From: Solirubrobacteraceae bacterium
GTDB lineage: Bacteria; Actinomycetota; Thermoleophilia; Solirubrobacterales; Solirubrobacteraceae
Length of the DNA stretch: 64,000 bases
Assembly: GCA_035569835.1 (NCBI GenBank)
Contig: DATMMF010000028.1
Coordinates: 40,071 to 104,070, forward strand
Reading direction: 5' to 3'
In this document: piece by piece, positions 24,525 through 32,977 of the stretch
How the letters are laid out: every line of letters begins with the position of its first letter
Numbering within the stretch: position 1 is the first letter of the stretch
Made by a program: the position numbers and the translations under genes
The notes under the pieces: generated by a model
What the model was told of the DNA's origin: nothing
Database searches by the model: none
Seen by the model: the letters and a program-made list of their open reading frames with translations, nothing else

Positions 24525-25421
24525 TCAGTCCATCGTCAGCGGACCCTCAGCCGAGCCGCTGAGGAACTGCCGCACGAACGCGTTGTCCGAGGAGAACATG
24601 CGCTCGGCATCGCCCGCTTCGACGATCCGCCCGCGCCACAGCACCGCGATGTACTCGCCGATCTGGCGCGCGGAGGCGATGTTGTGGGTGACGACGATGT
24701 AGGTGCCTTTGTAGATCTGGTGCATCTCCTGGATCAGTTCGCACAGCAGCGCGGTGCGTACCGGGTCCAGCCCCGAGTCGGGCTCGTCGAAGATCACGAC
24801 GTCGGGCTCCATCACGAGCGCGCGGGCGAAGCCGGCGCGCTTGCGCATCCCGCCGGAGAGCTGCGAGGGCGCGTCGTCCATCGCCTCACCGAGGCCCACG
24901 TCGCGCAGGCGCTGGACGACGCGCTCGGCGATCGCCCCCTCGGTCATGTCCGTGTGCTGCCGCAGCGGGAAGGCGACGTTGTCGTAGACCGACATCGACC
25001 CGAACAGCGCACCGTCCTGGAACAGAACGCCGATCTTCCTGCGCAGCTCGAGCAGGTCGTGCATGTTCAGCCGCCCGACTGACTGTCCTTTGACGACGAT
25101 CTCGCCCGCGTCGGGGAACATCAGCCCGATGATGTGCTTGATCAGCACGCTCTTCCCGGTTCCCGACGGTCCCAGCACGACGGTGATCGTGTCCTCCGGG
25201 AAGGCGACGTTCAGGCCGTTGAGCACCGGCACCCCGCCGAGCCGCTTGACCACGTCCTTGCAGCGGATCGACCAGTCGCCCTCCTTGCCGGCGAGTTCCA
25301 AGCCGGTCGAGTGGAACTCGAAGCTGTCGTCGCCAGCACCGGGTTCGCTGGTCGCTTGCCCTCCGGGCAGATCGCCCTGGGCGTCGGGGTCGGCGTTGGG
25401 ATCGTAGGGCTCGGACATCAT
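24525..25421 (-). CDS. mkl: Mkl/MceG/MlaF-type ABC ATPase
   Basis: GPSGTGKS, LFQDGALF, NVAFPLRQHT, LSGGMRKRAGFARAL, DEPDSGLDP; overlaps the last mce gene. Confidence 0.9.
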   Translation of the reverse strand: MMSEPYDPNADPDAQGDLPGGQATSEPGAGDDSFEFHSTGLELAGKEGDWSIRCKDVVKRLGGVPVLNGLNVAFPEDTITVVLGPSGTGKSVLIKHIIGLMFPDAGEIVVKGQSVGRLNMHDLLELRRKIGVLFQDGALFGSMSVYDNVAFPLRQHTDMTEGAIAERVVQRLRDVGLGEAMDDAPSQLSGGMRKRAGFARALVMEPDVVIFDEPDSGLDPVRTALLCELIQEMHQIYKGTYIVVTHNIASARQIGEYIAVLWRGRIVEAGDAERMFSSDNAFVRQFLSGSAEGPLTMD

Positions 25422-27013
25422 TTTCCTTCGAAGACCACGTGGGGGAACTGGCTGGATTTGCCGTTGAAGCTGTTGGGCCCCTGCTGCCTGCACGGCGGGG
25501 CGGGCACCGCGTTCACGCCCGCGGGCTGTTTCTCGGCCTTTTCGAGTTCTTCCTTTTCCGCGGGTTCTTTCGATTCGAAGCCCGTGAAGGTTTCGGGACG
25601 GTTCGCAACGTGGAAGTTGATCAGCCTCAGGATAAGAGGTGCCGGGATCGTTTCCGACGGCGGCCCGTCGGCGGACGGCGTCGCGTTCCCGCACGAGCTC
25701 GTGCTGAACATCGGCAGGCCGCCGCTGATCAGGTTGTAGGTCCCCGGCAGCGGGTACGCGTTGGAGCGGTTGTTGCCGATCTTGCTCGGGTAGAGCGCGA
25801 GGCTTTCGGTGTTGAGGGTCGCGAGCGTCATCAGCATGTGCTGCTTGGGCCCTTCCGGTTCGCCTTCCGCGTTGACGGGAAGGTTCCCGTTGCCCTGCTG
25901 GAAGTTGGAGGCGGCGGTGAGGTTCGCGAAGAACGCCTGGACCTCTTTCACGTAGGTGCCGGTGTACTGCAGGAACGGGTCGAGGTTGTGCAGCACCGGG
26001 CGGAAGTTTTCGAGCACCGGTTCGGTCAGCTTCAGCGACTTGCCGAGGTCGGGCAGGCCCTTCTTCGCGGCCTTCGTGAGCGGGCCGAGCGAGGTCAGGA
26101 ACTGATCGAGCTGGGGCGCGAAGGGCTTCGCCGCGGACAGCAGCGAGGACAGGCTGCGCTCGGCGGGCCTGAATTCTTCGAGGAACGGGTTCGCCACGAC
26201 CGCGAATTTGTCGATTTCTTTCAGCGCCGTACGGGAGTTGCGCTCGAAGGGCGGCAGCAGGCGCCACGTCTGTGCCCACGCTTCGCTCGCCGAGGCGGCG
26301 GCTTTGAAGGTGTGTTCGCCGTTGACGATCACGCCTTCGAGCTGGTGGTCGCGGCTGGCCAGGGCATTGAACACGACGCCAGTGTTCTTGACGAGATCCC
26401 GCAGCGCCCCCTCCTGCGTGACGAGGATGTTCAGCAGCTGGTTGGCGTGTTCGGTGAACGGTTCCAGGCGCGCGAAGGAGGCGTTGACCTGTTCGCCGCG
26501 CCCGTTGAGGCCTTCGGCCACCGATTGCTGCCAGATCTTGAACGCCGCGCGGGTCTTGGGATCGAAGGTCGCAAGGATGTCGTCGAGCGTGACAGACGGT
26601 TCGACGTTGCCGGGCGGAAGCCGCCCGCCGTCGGCGACGTAGGGGCCGACGTGCGCCTGCGGGATCAGCTGGATGTAGGTCTCGCCGAGCAGCGTCTTCT
26701 GGCGGATGATCGCGTGGACGTTGCGCCGGATCGGGGCGTACTTCTGGTTGATTTCAACCGTCGCGATCGTCTTGCCTTCGGAGCCCTTCTTGACGGAGAT
26801 CACGTGGCCGACGTCGACGCCGCTGATGCGCACGTCGGACTGTTCGGAGAGCGCCAGCACGCGCGGGAACGCGATCGCCATGCGGTAGCCCTTCGGTTTC
26901 AGGGGCAGCGGCCCGCCGAAGGACTCCCACAGGAACAGCAGCAGCCCGAAGCAGCTCAGCGCGAACAGGATGATCACGAGGATGTTGCCGAGCGTGGGCG
27001 CGCGCTTCTGCAT
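25418..27013 (-). CDS. Mce/MlaD family protein (6th in operon)
   Basis: N-terminal TM, SDVRISGVDVGHV MlaD domain, long helical region. Confidence 0.92.
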   Translation of the reverse strand: MQKRAPTLGNILVIILFALSCFGLLLFLWESFGGPLPLKPKGYRMAIAFPRVLALSEQSDVRISGVDVGHVISVKKGSEGKTIATVEINQKYAPIRRNVHAIIRQKTLLGETYIQLIPQAHVGPYVADGGRLPPGNVEPSVTLDDILATFDPKTRAAFKIWQQSVAEGLNGRGEQVNASFARLEPFTEHANQLLNILVTQEGALRDLVKNTGVVFNALASRDHQLEGVIVNGEHTFKAAASASEAWAQTWRLLPPFERNSRTALKEIDKFAVVANPFLEEFRPAERSLSSLLSAAKPFAPQLDQFLTSLGPLTKAAKKGLPDLGKSLKLTEPVLENFRPVLHNLDPFLQYTGTYVKEVQAFFANLTAASNFQQGNGNLPVNAEGEPEGPKQHMLMTLATLNTESLALYPSKIGNNRSNAYPLPGTYNLISGGLPMFSTSSCGNATPSADGPPSETIPAPLILRLINFHVANRPETFTGFESKEPAEKEELEKAEKQPAGVNAVPAPPCRQQGPNSFNGKSSQFPHVVFEGK

Positions 27014-28540
27014 CTAGCGCCTCCCCCCCTGTGCCGCCTTGGCGCGCTGGGTGGCCTTCGTGCCCCTCGCGGTGTGCCCGAACGGCGCGGAGCTGAGGTT
27101 GCCGAACGGCGCCGACGGGGTCTTCGCGCCGCTGCGCTCGCTCGCGCGGCCGCTCGAGGTCGTCGTGCTCGCGCCCTTCGGGATCACGCCGAGGCTTTCG
27201 CATTCCTGTTTGGTCGGCGGCTTCAGGAGCCCGACGAGCAGCGAGACGTTTTCGTTGACTTCGCTCGCCCCGACGAGGATCGGAAGGATGTGGCAGTTGA
27301 AGTAGATCAGGCTGCGCCCGACGGCTCCCCGCGAGTCCGCGGTGCTCACAACGCTGTTGAGGTTGTGGTTTGCCCAGGCGAGGAAGAAGTCGAAGCCGGC
27401 CTTGCCCTTGCCCGGGTTGAAGGCGAGCTCGTTGAAGAATTCGTTGAGCACGGAGAAGGCGCTCGACAGCTTCGGGAACGCTTCCGAGAGCGCTGTGGTG
27501 CTCGGCGCGAGTTCGTTGACCGTCGGCAGGATTTCCCGCGCGAACGGCCTGATCTCGTTCTTGATCACCGGCGTCGTGTTGATCGCGAGCTTCTTGCTCG
27601 CCCGCTCGGCCGGCGCGAGCGATTTCGCGAACGGGTTGAGCTTGGTCAGCGCCGGCGTCACCTGTTCCGAGGCGGTGCCCAGCTTGCCGAGCGCTTTGCC
27701 GGTCTTGTGCAACGCGCCGGGCAGCAGTTTCAGCGTGCTCTGGAGGTTCTGGTCCTCCTTGGCGAACGTCTGGAAGACGGCGTTCGAGGCGTTGACCAGT
27801 TCGGCGATCTGCGTGTCCTTGGTGCCGAGCGCTTCGGTCAGCAGCCGGAAGTTGTGGATCGAGCGGCTGATGTTGGCCGAGCGCTTCGACAGTTCGCGCT
27901 GGATCTCGTCGCCGTAGCGCGCGGCCGGCTCGAAGCGCTTGAGCGTCGCGGCGAAGGCCGTGCCGTTGTTTTCGAAGCCCTGCCCCGCGCCGGCGAGCAG
28001 CTCCTGCAGGTACGCGCGCGTTTCGGCATCGAGACCGGCGAGGAATTCGTCGAAGTTGACGTTCGGCGCCGTCTGCGACAGCGGGATCACTTCGCCGCTC
28101 TTCAGCTTTCCGGCCGACGGCGTCCCCGGGTTGACCTCGATCGTGATGTCCTGCAGCTGGGTCTTCGGCCTCAGCAGCAGCGTCGCGTTCTTGTAGAAGC
28201 GCGCGTATTTCGGGGTCACTTTCATGGTGACCACCGCGACCCCCTCGTGCAGCGACACGCTCGCGACTTCGCCGACTTTCGCGCCGGCGATCGTCACGGC
28301 CTGGCCCTGCCCCGGCGTGACGGCCTGCGCGGTCTGGAACTCCGCCTTCAGGTCGTAGTATTCGTGCCCGAGCACGGGCACCCAGCTCGGCAGATGCAGG
28401 TTCTCGTGCGCGAGGATGTAGCCGCCGACGACGGTCGCGATCACGACCATCGTCACCACCGCGATGAACGCCGTGCGGTAGCGCTCGATCTGCTCGCGGA
28501 CCGACAGGCCGCCTTCGTGGCTGTGATCGGCCGGGTTCAC
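27014..28540 (-). CDS. Mce/MlaD family protein (5th)
   Basis: N-terminal TM, VTIAGAKVGEV MlaD domain. Confidence 0.92.
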   Translation of the reverse strand: MNPADHSHEGGLSVREQIERYRTAFIAVVTMVVIATVVGGYILAHENLHLPSWVPVLGHEYYDLKAEFQTAQAVTPGQGQAVTIAGAKVGEVASVSLHEGVAVVTMKVTPKYARFYKNATLLLRPKTQLQDITIEVNPGTPSAGKLKSGEVIPLSQTAPNVNFDEFLAGLDAETRAYLQELLAGAGQGFENNGTAFAATLKRFEPAARYGDEIQRELSKRSANISRSIHNFRLLTEALGTKDTQIAELVNASNAVFQTFAKEDQNLQSTLKLLPGALHKTGKALGKLGTASEQVTPALTKLNPFAKSLAPAERASKKLAINTTPVIKNEIRPFAREILPTVNELAPSTTALSEAFPKLSSAFSVLNEFFNELAFNPGKGKAGFDFFLAWANHNLNSVVSTADSRGAVGRSLIYFNCHILPILVGASEVNENVSLLVGLLKPPTKQECESLGVIPKGASTTTSSGRASERSGAKTPSAPFGNLSSAPFGHTARGTKATQRAKAAQGGRR

Positions 28541-30039
28541 GGTGTCCCGTCCGCGGGTCCGTTGGCCAGCGGGCCGTTGACTTCAGACGGTGCCTGCGTG
28601 TCGCAGGGCACGAGCGGCTTGTACGGCGGCTCGGAGGCAGGGAACGCGGGGCGCGTTCCGAGCGGCTGCAGAGGCGAGCGTGTGAGCAGCTTCAGCCCGG
28701 TGCCCGTTTTCACCCCGACCGCCGAGACCGGCCGGGAGACGAGCGTCTGGCCGCTGTTGCCGACCAGGAACTGGGTGAACGGGCCGTTGCCGTCGAAGCT
28801 CTGCCCGATCCCGGCGAGGCCGACCAGGCTGTACCAGAATTCCTTGTAGTTTTCGACGCCCGAGGTCGCGTTGCCGTCCTGGAGCTTCGCGTTGCCGGTC
28901 GGATAGATCACCTTCGTCAGGCACTTGTTGAAGGCTTCGGTCTGCTTGAACAGCGGCACCTGTTCGGCACTGAGTTTGGCCAGCGCGGGCGTCGCTTCTG
29001 AGAGCCCCTTGGCGACGCCGCCGAGCTCGCTCGGCTGCAGCGAGGCCTCGACCTGTTCGATCCACGGAATCTGCGCCTTCACCGTTTCGGGCGTCAGCTT
29101 CACGCCCGGGAGGATGTCGTTCGCGAACGCCCGCGTCGGCGCGAAGGAGCGGCCGAGCTCGCGCAGGCCGTGGGTGATCCCGTGCAGCGAGCTCGGCAGC
29201 TCGTGCACGGTCGCGCTGAGGCTCTGGTTCTGGACGGCGAAGGCTTCGAAGAACGTGTTGAAGTTGCCGATCAGTTCGCCGAGCTGCTGCTCGTGGACGT
29301 TCAGCGCCGCCGTCACACGCCCGATGCTCGCGATCAGCTTGGAGAAGTCGTGCGGTTCGGTGCCCGTGATCGCCTGGTTGATGATCGCGCCGCCGCGAAG
29401 GGCTTCGGGCGCGAGGTGGTACGTCTTGTTGATCGCTTCGGCGCCCGAGAGCCCGCGGACCTCGGGCAGCTGTTCGGCGTCTTCGGCGGCGTTCGGCCTC
29501 TTCGTCAGGCCTTCGCCGTAGTAGATCAGGAACTTCTGCAGGTTCGCGCGCGTGTCGGTGTTGAGCGCATCGAGCACCTGGTCGAGCTGCACCGGGTTGG
29601 CCGTCTGCGTGATCGGGATCGTGTAGCCGGAGGAGACGGTCTTCGCCGATGGGCTGCCGGGCTGCAGTTCGACGAACCAGTTGCCTTCGAGGAAGATCCG
29701 GGGCCGGATCTTGACCGTCGCGTCGGTGTGGATCGGCAGCCCCTTTTCTTCGATTTCCATCGTCACGAGCCCGGTGTTGCCTTCACGCTTGATCGACGCG
29801 ACCTTGCCCACGTCGACGCCGGCGATCCGCACCGGCGACTTGGAGTGGACGTTCATCGCCGAGTTGAATTGCGCCTTGAGCTGGAAGCCGTGTTTGAACG
29901 GGATGTGCTTGGTGAAGCCGAAGTAGATCGCGACCGCGATGATGATCAGGAAGACAACCGCGAATTTCACCGCGCTGCCGCGCCCGAGCTCCGAGACCGG
30001 GGTCTCGTCGCGGCGCCTCCAGAAGCGCAGGCGGCTCAT
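28537..30039 (-). CDS. Mce/MlaD family protein (4th)
   Basis: Start ATG 30039 (MSRLRFW), TM, SPVRIAGVDVGKV. Confidence 0.92.
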   Translation of the reverse strand: MSRLRFWRRRDETPVSELGRGSAVKFAVVFLIIIAVAIYFGFTKHIPFKHGFQLKAQFNSAMNVHSKSPVRIAGVDVGKVASIKREGNTGLVTMEIEEKGLPIHTDATVKIRPRIFLEGNWFVELQPGSPSAKTVSSGYTIPITQTANPVQLDQVLDALNTDTRANLQKFLIYYGEGLTKRPNAAEDAEQLPEVRGLSGAEAINKTYHLAPEALRGGAIINQAITGTEPHDFSKLIASIGRVTAALNVHEQQLGELIGNFNTFFEAFAVQNQSLSATVHELPSSLHGITHGLRELGRSFAPTRAFANDILPGVKLTPETVKAQIPWIEQVEASLQPSELGGVAKGLSEATPALAKLSAEQVPLFKQTEAFNKCLTKVIYPTGNAKLQDGNATSGVENYKEFWYSLVGLAGIGQSFDGNGPFTQFLVGNSGQTLVSRPVSAVGVKTGTGLKLLTRSPLQPLGTRPAFPASEPPYKPLVPCDTQAPSEVNGPLANGPADGTP

Positions 30040-31559
30040 TTCTTCTTCCCCTTCTTCTTGGCCGTCTTGATGCCGAGGGCTTCGAGCGTGGAGGCCGGGT
30101 ACGGTTCGCCATAGAGGTCGGTGCCGCGACCTGTGAATTCGGTGCCGGATTCGACGCTGTTCACGTTGCCGAGCACCGCCTGGCCGGGGATGAACCGCTG
30201 CTTGCCCGCTTCGCAGACCTGCTTCTGCCCGGGCGCGCTGACGTTGGGGTACGGGTTCACGTGCAGGTGGTTGTTGTCGATGATCGCGCCGCCCTTGCCG
30301 CCGGCTCGTTCGGTCGAGCCGCCGTTCGCCGGCGCCGAGGAGGGGAAGCCCTCGTTGTTCGGGCCGGACGGTGCGAGCATGACGCCGGCGCGCGCGACGG
30401 TGCCGACGCCGATGCTCTCGGACTCGAGGCTCGCGACGTTGCGGAAGGCGAGCGTCCAGTAGTTGCACTTCGCCTGGGAGGGGGCGACGCCTTCGAGCAC
30501 GGGGTTGCCGATTTCGACGGTGTGGGTGAAGTCTTCGAAGGCAAGGTTGATCACCGGGTTGTTGCCGAACTTGGCGAGCGCTTCGGCGGATTCAGCGAGC
30601 GCGCTGTTGAGCTGGGTCGCCGCGGCGAGGTTCGTCTTGCCTTCCGCAAAGCCGTGGGCCAGCGGCGGCGCGACGGTGACGAGATCGGCCGCGGAGGGGC
30701 GCAGCAGGCGCATGAACTCAGTCGCGTTGTTGATCAGCGGCGCCTCGGCCGGCAGTGAGTGAATCGACTGTTCGAGCGAGGCGGGGCCTTCGGCGGTCGC
30801 TTCTTCGAGCTGCTTGCTGACGCCCGCCCAAGCGGTGAAGAACTTGTCGAGGTAGACGTACTGCGCGCCCAGCTGGTTGGCTACCGGCGCGCTCTCTTCG
30901 GCGGAGCGCAGCAGCCCTTTGAAGAACCCGCGAAAATCGGTCTGGGGCGAGGCGAGGTTGGCGAGCACCGGGATCGCGTGGTTCACCACCGGCCGCAGTT
31001 CGGCGATCGTCTTGTTCAGCCCGAGGCCGCGTCCGGCGAGCCCGTCGCCGAAGTTGTTGGTGTTGACCTTGATCGCCTGGCGGGTGTGCTTGTCGAACAT
31101 GTTGAAGAGTTCCTCGATGTTCACCGGTTCGCGGGTCTGGCTCGTGGGGATCGTCGCCCCGGCGTTCAGTTTCTGCGCGGAGGTCCCCTTTTCGAGTTCG
31201 AGGTACTTGAGGCCGATCGCCGAGACCGATTGCACGATCGCTTTGGTGTCGGCGGGCAGCTTTTCGACGCTCTTTTCGAGCTTCAGGTCGGCGATCGCCG
31301 TGACTTTGCCGGTGCGTGGGTTCTGCCTGGGCGACATCGAGCTCACGACGCCGACGCGCGTGCCGGCGATGCGGACCTGGTTGGAGACCTGCAGGCCGGA
31401 CGCCTCCGGGAGAGCGACCTTGATGTTGTAGGTCGGCACGAACGGCAGCCCGTTGTTCGCGTTGTAGGAGAGGAACACGGCCACGACGACGATCAGCGTC
31501 GTGACCGCCCCGATCAGCAGCGGGCTGGCGGCGAGCGAGTTGCGGCGGCGGCGGTCCAT
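30036..31559 (-). CDS. Mce/MlaD family protein (3rd)
   Basis: TM, NQVRIAGTRVGVV. Confidence 0.92.
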   Translation of the reverse strand: MDRRRRNSLAASPLLIGAVTTLIVVVAVFLSYNANNGLPFVPTYNIKVALPEASGLQVSNQVRIAGTRVGVVSSMSPRQNPRTGKVTAIADLKLEKSVEKLPADTKAIVQSVSAIGLKYLELEKGTSAQKLNAGATIPTSQTREPVNIEELFNMFDKHTRQAIKVNTNNFGDGLAGRGLGLNKTIAELRPVVNHAIPVLANLASPQTDFRGFFKGLLRSAEESAPVANQLGAQYVYLDKFFTAWAGVSKQLEEATAEGPASLEQSIHSLPAEAPLINNATEFMRLLRPSAADLVTVAPPLAHGFAEGKTNLAAATQLNSALAESAEALAKFGNNPVINLAFEDFTHTVEIGNPVLEGVAPSQAKCNYWTLAFRNVASLESESIGVGTVARAGVMLAPSGPNNEGFPSSAPANGGSTERAGGKGGAIIDNNHLHVNPYPNVSAPGQKQVCEAGKQRFIPGQAVLGNVNSVESGTEFTGRGTDLYGEPYPASTLEALGIKTAKKKGKKK

Positions 31560-32977
31560 CAGGGATGTTGGGCGGGGTCGCAGGTGAGCAGTTCTCCGTC
31601 GACGAACGGCGAGGAGCCGTCTGCGGCGGGCTGGGTCGCCGCGCCCGGGCAGCGCCGCAGCTGACCCGATTTCAACGGGGCCAGACCCTGGGTCGGGGAG
31701 GTGGGTTTGAGGGTGTCTTTTTCACCCAGGGAGAAGCTCGGGAAGACGGGGCTGACGCGCGCGTAGTTGCCGTCGGCGTCGTAGTAGGCGCCCGACTGGC
31801 CGAACGTGCGCAGCGTGCCGACGAGGTCCGGGGAGTACGGCCCGAAGAACGCGGTGATCGGCGCCGATTCCTTCTCGCCCTGGACGACTGCGGGCGACGC
31901 GGTCGTGAGCTGCTTGTAGAGCACCGGCAGGATCAGGGCGATGTCGGTGAGGTCGTTGTTCGGGCCCGGCCGGCTGAACGCGTTGTTGAAGTTCTTGATC
32001 GCCGGCGTGCCGGTAGTGACCAGCGAGTGCAGGTGGTTGAACAGCGTGATCAACGGCTGCGTCGTCGGTTTGGACGCCTCGACGAGCCGTTCGAGCGCCT
32101 GGAACGTGGCCGGCAGCTCGGCGAACGTCTTGTTGCCTTCGTGCAGCGTGCCCGGCAGCGCTTTCAGGCCCGCCGCGAAGTTCGCCTGCTGGTCGCCAAT
32201 TGCCGTGAACGTCGTGTTGGCGTTTTCGATCAGGCTCGAGAGCGCCGGCGCGCGGGCGCCGATCGTCGTCACGGCCTTGGCCGTTTCGATCAGGAACTTG
32301 GTGAACACCGGCTGGTCGCGCACCAGCTCTTCGAAGAAGTGGTCGGAGGCCGCCAGGAACGGACCGAAGTATTCGGTGGATTCGCCGAACTGCTTCCCGG
32401 CGCCGACGTACAGCGCGGCGTTGCCCTGGATGAACTCCGCGAGGCCCTGGCGCGTCTTCGGGTTCAGCGTGTTGAAGAGCTGGTCGAGGTCGGTGACTTC
32501 TTTGGTCGCGCTCGCCGGCAGCGTCGCACCGTCGTGCAGCGCCGCCGCGTTGTTCGGGCCGGGCGAGAGCTGGATGTAGCGGTTCGCGACGCTCGAGAGC
32601 GAGGGCGTTCGCACCTGCGCCGTCGTGCCCGCGTGCAGAGGCGTCAGCGAGCTGTCGACGTGGATCGTGACGTTCGCCTTGTCATTTGGGGTCAGCGAGA
32701 TGTCGGTCACGCTTCCGACCCGTACGCCGCCGACCTGGACTTCGTTGCCGCGGACGAGCTGCCCCGCTTCGGGGAAGATCAGGTGATAGGTGGCGCCCCC
32801 GCCGGTGCCGAACACGAGGTAGGCGATGATCAGCACGACGAGCGCCAGCGCGCCGATCGCGATGATGCGCGCGTTGGAGACACGCGAGCGCGTCACCGGG
32901 CCGCGCGCGGGCTGGCCGGCGGCAGGCGGCGGGGCGCCCGGAGGAGTCGGCTGGCTCGGGGGGCTAGTCGTGGCCAC
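31559..32977 (-). CDS. Mce/MlaD family protein (2nd)
   Basis: TM, GNEVQVGGVRVGSV. Confidence 0.92.
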   Translation of the reverse strand: MATTSPPSQPTPPGAPPPAAGQPARGPVTRSRVSNARIIAIGALALVVLIIAYLVFGTGGGATYHLIFPEAGQLVRGNEVQVGGVRVGSVTDISLTPNDKANVTIHVDSSLTPLHAGTTAQVRTPSLSSVANRYIQLSPGPNNAAALHDGATLPASATKEVTDLDQLFNTLNPKTRQGLAEFIQGNAALYVGAGKQFGESTEYFGPFLAASDHFFEELVRDQPVFTKFLIETAKAVTTIGARAPALSSLIENANTTFTAIGDQQANFAAGLKALPGTLHEGNKTFAELPATFQALERLVEASKPTTQPLITLFNHLHSLVTTGTPAIKNFNNAFSRPGPNNDLTDIALILPVLYKQLTTASPAVVQGEKESAPITAFFGPYSPDLVGTLRTFGQSGAYYDADGNYARVSPVFPSFSLGEKDTLKPTSPTQGLAPLKSGQLRRCPGAATQPAADGSSPFVDGELLTCDPAQHP